Below, piece after piece: positions 49,070-51,919 of a DNA stretch of 51,919 nucleotides. The first letter of the stretch is position 1. The number at the start of each line of letters is the position of its first letter. Source of the DNA: Bellilinea sp. (GTDB lineage Bacteria > Chloroflexota > Anaerolineae > Anaerolineales > Anaerolineaceae). The stretch lies in NCBI GenBank assembly GCA_035561555.1, contig DATMXL010000205.1:1-51919 (forward strand), written 5' to 3'. A program made the translations under genes and the position numbers. The notes beneath the pieces were generated by a model, which saw only the letters and a list, made by a program, of their open reading frames with translations, had not been told where the DNA came from and did no database searches.

Positions 49070-49627
49070 CTATCCCCAAGTGGGCAATGTAACCTTAATC
49101 AATTGCTGCGCTAAATTGATCTCCAGGATAAATTCATCCACAGCCGGAATCAGATGCTCCTCGCCATTCGGTCCTTTGACGATATACACGTCATTAGCCT
49201 TGGTTTCGAGAATATCATCCAAAATCCCGATTTCTTCCCCGTCTTTATTGACTACATGCAACCCAATCAGTTGGTGATGGTAATATTCCCCCTCCGGCAA
49301 GACAGGAAGTTCTGCCGAAGATAAATATACAATTTGGTTGCGTAAATCAGCCGTTGATTCGGGATCTGCATACCCCTCAAACCCGATGATCATCTCTTTA
49401 TTCATCGGACGGATGTTGCGAATCACCAGGGGTCGGTGGTTTTCACCGATCAACACCGTTTTTCCCGGCACCAATCGTTCCGGGAAATCGGTATATACGT
49501 CCATGATGACATCGCCCTGCAGTCCATGCGAGCGACGCAGCAATCCGATCACCAAAAAGACAGGCTCGCCCGGGGGCGGCGAGCCTGTTTGATTCTCTTT
49601 CGGGTCCATTGACTCTGATAAACCCAT
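49070..49627 (-). CDS. rimM: 16S rRNA processing protein RimM
   Basis: HGLQG, LPEGEYYHHQLIG, ETKANDVY, HLIPAV motifs; position after rpsP-khpA. Start 49627 or 49609. Confidence 0.93.
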   Translation of the reverse strand: MGLSESMDPKENQTGSPPPGEPVFLVIGLLRRSHGLQGDVIMDVYTDFPERLVPGKTVLIGENHRPLVIRNIRPMNKEMIIGFEGYADPESTADLRNQIVYLSSAELPVLPEGEYYHHQLIGLHVVNKDGEEIGILDDILETKANDVYIVKGPNGEEHLIPAVDEFILEINLAQQLIKVTLPTWG

Positions 49628-49629
49628 GT

Positions 49630-49866
49630 CTAGCGGGGCTCTAGAACATCCAGGTTGGCTTGCTTGCCTTCACGGGCTGCGGCTACACGCAACAAAATGC
49701 GCATGGCGTTGGCTACCCGGCCGCTCTTGCCAATCACACGACCCATATCTTCTTTGGCTACCGACAGTTCAAGGCGAATTTTTCCGCCCAGGCGTTCCTC
49801 CAGAACGTTCACCTGAATCGGGTCATCCACCAACGAACGCGCGATATATTCGATCAACTCCTTCAC
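49630..49866 (-). CDS. khpA: KH-domain RNA-binding protein KhpA
   Basis: KELIEYIARSLVD, DMGRVIGKSGRVANAMR (GxxG); GTG start after AAAGGAG; canonical rpsP-khpA-rimM position. Confidence 0.92.
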   Translation of the reverse strand: MKELIEYIARSLVDDPIQVNVLEERLGGKIRLELSVAKEDMGRVIGKSGRVANAMRILLRVAAAREGKQANLDVLEPR

Positions 49867-49929
49867 GATGGCTCCTTTCAACCTGGCCAATCTTTCGAAC
49901 GGCCTGAATAATTCAGGTTTACATAGGAC

Positions 49930-50268
49930 TTAGTTCGTCTTGGTGTTGACCGTACGGGTGGCGTAGTAAGCTTCGGCTTCTTTAAGGACAGCTTCAGCAG
50001 CTTCCCCGCCCTTGACACGCTCGTAGCGTTTGTCCAGACCAACGCTTCGGAACAGCATGCCGACTGACTCTGACGGCTGTGCGCCGTTGTTCAGCCAGTG
50101 ATATACACGTTCTTCATTCACCTGGAAGGTGAAAGGTTCTGTGCGCGGGTTGTAAGAACCCAGAACCTCGAGGAAGCGCCCGTCGCGGGGGCTTTCTTTA
50201 TCAGCCGCAATAATGCGGTAGCTGGGTTGACCTTTTAATCCAACGCGGCGTAAACGAATTCGAACCAT
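49930..50268 (-). CDS. rpsP: 30S ribosomal protein S16
   Basis: MVRIRLRR.G, YRII.AD..SPRDGRFLE.LGSYNP, WL..GAQPS. Confidence 0.98.
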   Translation of the reverse strand: MVRIRLRRVGLKGQPSYRIIAADKESPRDGRFLEVLGSYNPRTEPFTFQVNEERVYHWLNNGAQPSESVGMLFRSVGLDKRYERVKGGEAAEAVLKEAEAYYATRTVNTKTN

Positions 50269-50386
50269 TTTAAGACCTATCTCCTGTTGCTAATGTGAAC
50301 TGTAGGAATCTTACCATAGGGTTGCCGTATCGGTGGAAAGTTGTTTTGAGGGGCGCTGAAGGGGCGCCAACCTTCCACTAACTGGA

Positions 50387-51709
50387 TCACCCAAACAGGC
50401 GTGGCATTCCACGCCCGCCCGTTTTCTGAATAGTTTTAAACATCCGCTGGGCATCGCGAAACTGCTTGAGTACCCGGTTGACATCCTGAACTTCAGTACC
50501 TGAGCCGCGTGCGATGCGTCTGCGGCGGCTGGCATTCAGTATATCAGGATTACGGCGTTCTTTCATAGTCATTGAGGACAATATGGCTTCTGTGACGCTC
50601 AAAGACTTTTCTGCCTCGTCAGGGGAAATATTGCGCGCCATCTGCCCCATACCGCCTGGCAGCATCTCGAGAACTTTGGCAAATGGACCCATCTTGCGCA
50701 GTTGCTTGAGCTGGCTGGCAAAATCTTCCAGAGTGAACTGCCCGGACATCATTTTTTCAGCCTGGACGCGGGCTTCTTTTTCGTCCATAGCCGATTCGGC
50801 CTTTTCGATCAAGCCGAGCATATCACCCATACCGAGGATACGTGAGGCGAGCCGGCCGGGATCGTAGGCTTCGATCGCGTCGATGCCTTCCCCGGTCCCG
50901 AGGAACTTGATCGGCACACCGGTAACGCTGCGAATGGAAATGGCTGCTCCACCGCGTGAATCGCCGTCCATTTTGGTTAATACCAGGCCTGTCAGGGAAA
51001 CGGAGTCGCGAAATCCTTCGGCAATATGCAATGCTTCCTGACCAATCATCGAGTCAACCACCAGCAGGATCTCATTGGCTGGCACCTTGCGGGTGATGGA
51101 GCGCAGCTCCTCCATCAAGGCATCGTCTAACTGTGACCGGCCAGCTGTGTCGATGATTAAGACCGTGACGCCACCTTTTTGCGCCAGGTCAAAGGCTTTG
51201 GCGGCTAATTCCGGAGGTTTGACGCCGTTTTCGGTAAATACTGGCACCCCGATGCGCTCCCCCAGAGTTTGCAGCTGCTTAATGGCTGCAGGACGGTATG
51301 GATCGCCTGCGACCATCTCAACTCGTTCTCCCTGCGAGCGCAGTTGAGACGCAATTTTCGATGCGGCAGTGGTTTTACCCGAGCCCTGTAATCCGATCAT
51401 CAGGATAACCCGCGGTTTGGCGCCGCTCAGGTTTAACCTGGATGGCTCGCCCAGGGTAGCGATCAATTCCTCATGGACGATCTTGATGACTTGTTGAGCC
51501 GGGTTAAGTGCTCGCGATACCTCATGACCGATGGAGCGTTCCCGCACCCGGCCTACGAAATCTTTTACGACACTGTAATGCACGTCCGCTTCGAGCAGTG
51601 CCAAACGCACTTCGCGCATGGCTAAGTCAACATCCTGCTCCGAGAGTTTACCTCGCCGGCGCAGCTGCTGAAAAACTTGCTCTAATCGTGAGGTCAGCGA
51701 TTCAAACAC
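50387..51709 (-). CDS. ffh: Signal recognition particle protein Ffh
   Basis: ALLEADV, GLQGSGKTT, DTAGR, TKMDGD, RILGMGD, M-domain SMT..ER...SRRRRIARGSG. Confidence 0.98.
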   Translation of the reverse strand: MFESLTSRLEQVFQQLRRRGKLSEQDVDLAMREVRLALLEADVHYSVVKDFVGRVRERSIGHEVSRALNPAQQVIKIVHEELIATLGEPSRLNLSGAKPRVILMIGLQGSGKTTAASKIASQLRSQGERVEMVAGDPYRPAAIKQLQTLGERIGVPVFTENGVKPPELAAKAFDLAQKGGVTVLIIDTAGRSQLDDALMEELRSITRKVPANEILLVVDSMIGQEALHIAEGFRDSVSLTGLVLTKMDGDSRGGAAISIRSVTGVPIKFLGTGEGIDAIEAYDPGRLASRILGMGDMLGLIEKAESAMDEKEARVQAEKMMSGQFTLEDFASQLKQLRKMGPFAKVLEMLPGGMGQMARNISPDEAEKSLSVTEAILSSMTMKERRNPDILNASRRRRIARGSGTEVQDVNRVLKQFRDAQRMFKTIQKTGGRGMPRLFG

Positions 51710-51766
51710 ACATCACCTTAATGCACAAGAAATGGACACCCCTTGTCCGGGGCGTAACCAGGCCAA

Positions 51767-51795
51767 ATTTTAGTCGGGATTAATCAGACGGTCAA
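51767..51795 (-). promoter_or_regulatory. Sigma70-type promoter of the ffh operon
   Basis: Minus strand TTGACC, 17 nt, TAAAAT, 57 nt upstream of the GTG start. Confidence 0.65.
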
Positions 51796-51919
51796 GGGAT
51801 GCGATAAAACTTGCTATTGAACGCGAACACAGCCCCTTCACGGCTAAAAATCGTAACTATTGATCTTTTCACGGGTTAAAAATATGAATTTTATGAAAAA
51901 ACACATCGTTCCCGCCCCC

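Noticed and set aside
1-51919. CRISPR array, IS/transposase, integrase, prophage, rRNA or tRNA genes
   Set aside because: No regularly spaced direct repeats, no recombinase/transposase/phage motifs, and intergenic gaps are short with no cloverleaf seen by eye.

Overview
A gene-dense, mostly core-genome stretch of a bacterial chromosome. Gene content (DUF2298/'YYY' membrane proteins, mevalonate kinase plus isopentenyl phosphate kinase, DUF5679-like extension on TopA) points to Chloroflexota, probably Anaerolineae; this is inference, not a database result. Housekeeping genes: rpoC (not preceded by rpoB), a GyrA/ParC-family topoisomerase subunit, cmk, lepA, tlyA, dgt, greA, topA, dprA, rimM, khpA, rpsP, ffh. 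The most interesting accessory content: (i) a ~14.7 kb same-strand run lepA - flippase-like - GT4 - giant GT-C/DUF2298 fusion - DUF952 - DUF2298 - GT-C-like - cmk, which looks like an archaea-like surface glycosylation machine, with a nearby operon for a polyprenyl-phosphate phosphoribosyltransferase, Mvk and Ipk; (ii) a type IIA topoisomerase A subunit lacking the GyrA box but carrying an Hda-type clamp-binding-like motif (QLALPL) and a ~195-aa histone-H1-like tail; (iii) a GTAG-REP doublet with compensatory base changes; (iv) a divergent pseudo-receiver-CpaE / HD-GYP pair with a long structured leader; (v) several apparently leaderless genes. No rRNA, tRNA, CRISPR array, transposase or prophage gene was recognised. 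All family calls come from motif recognition by eye, and several start codons were moved from the ORF track using Shine-Dalgarno or promoter context.
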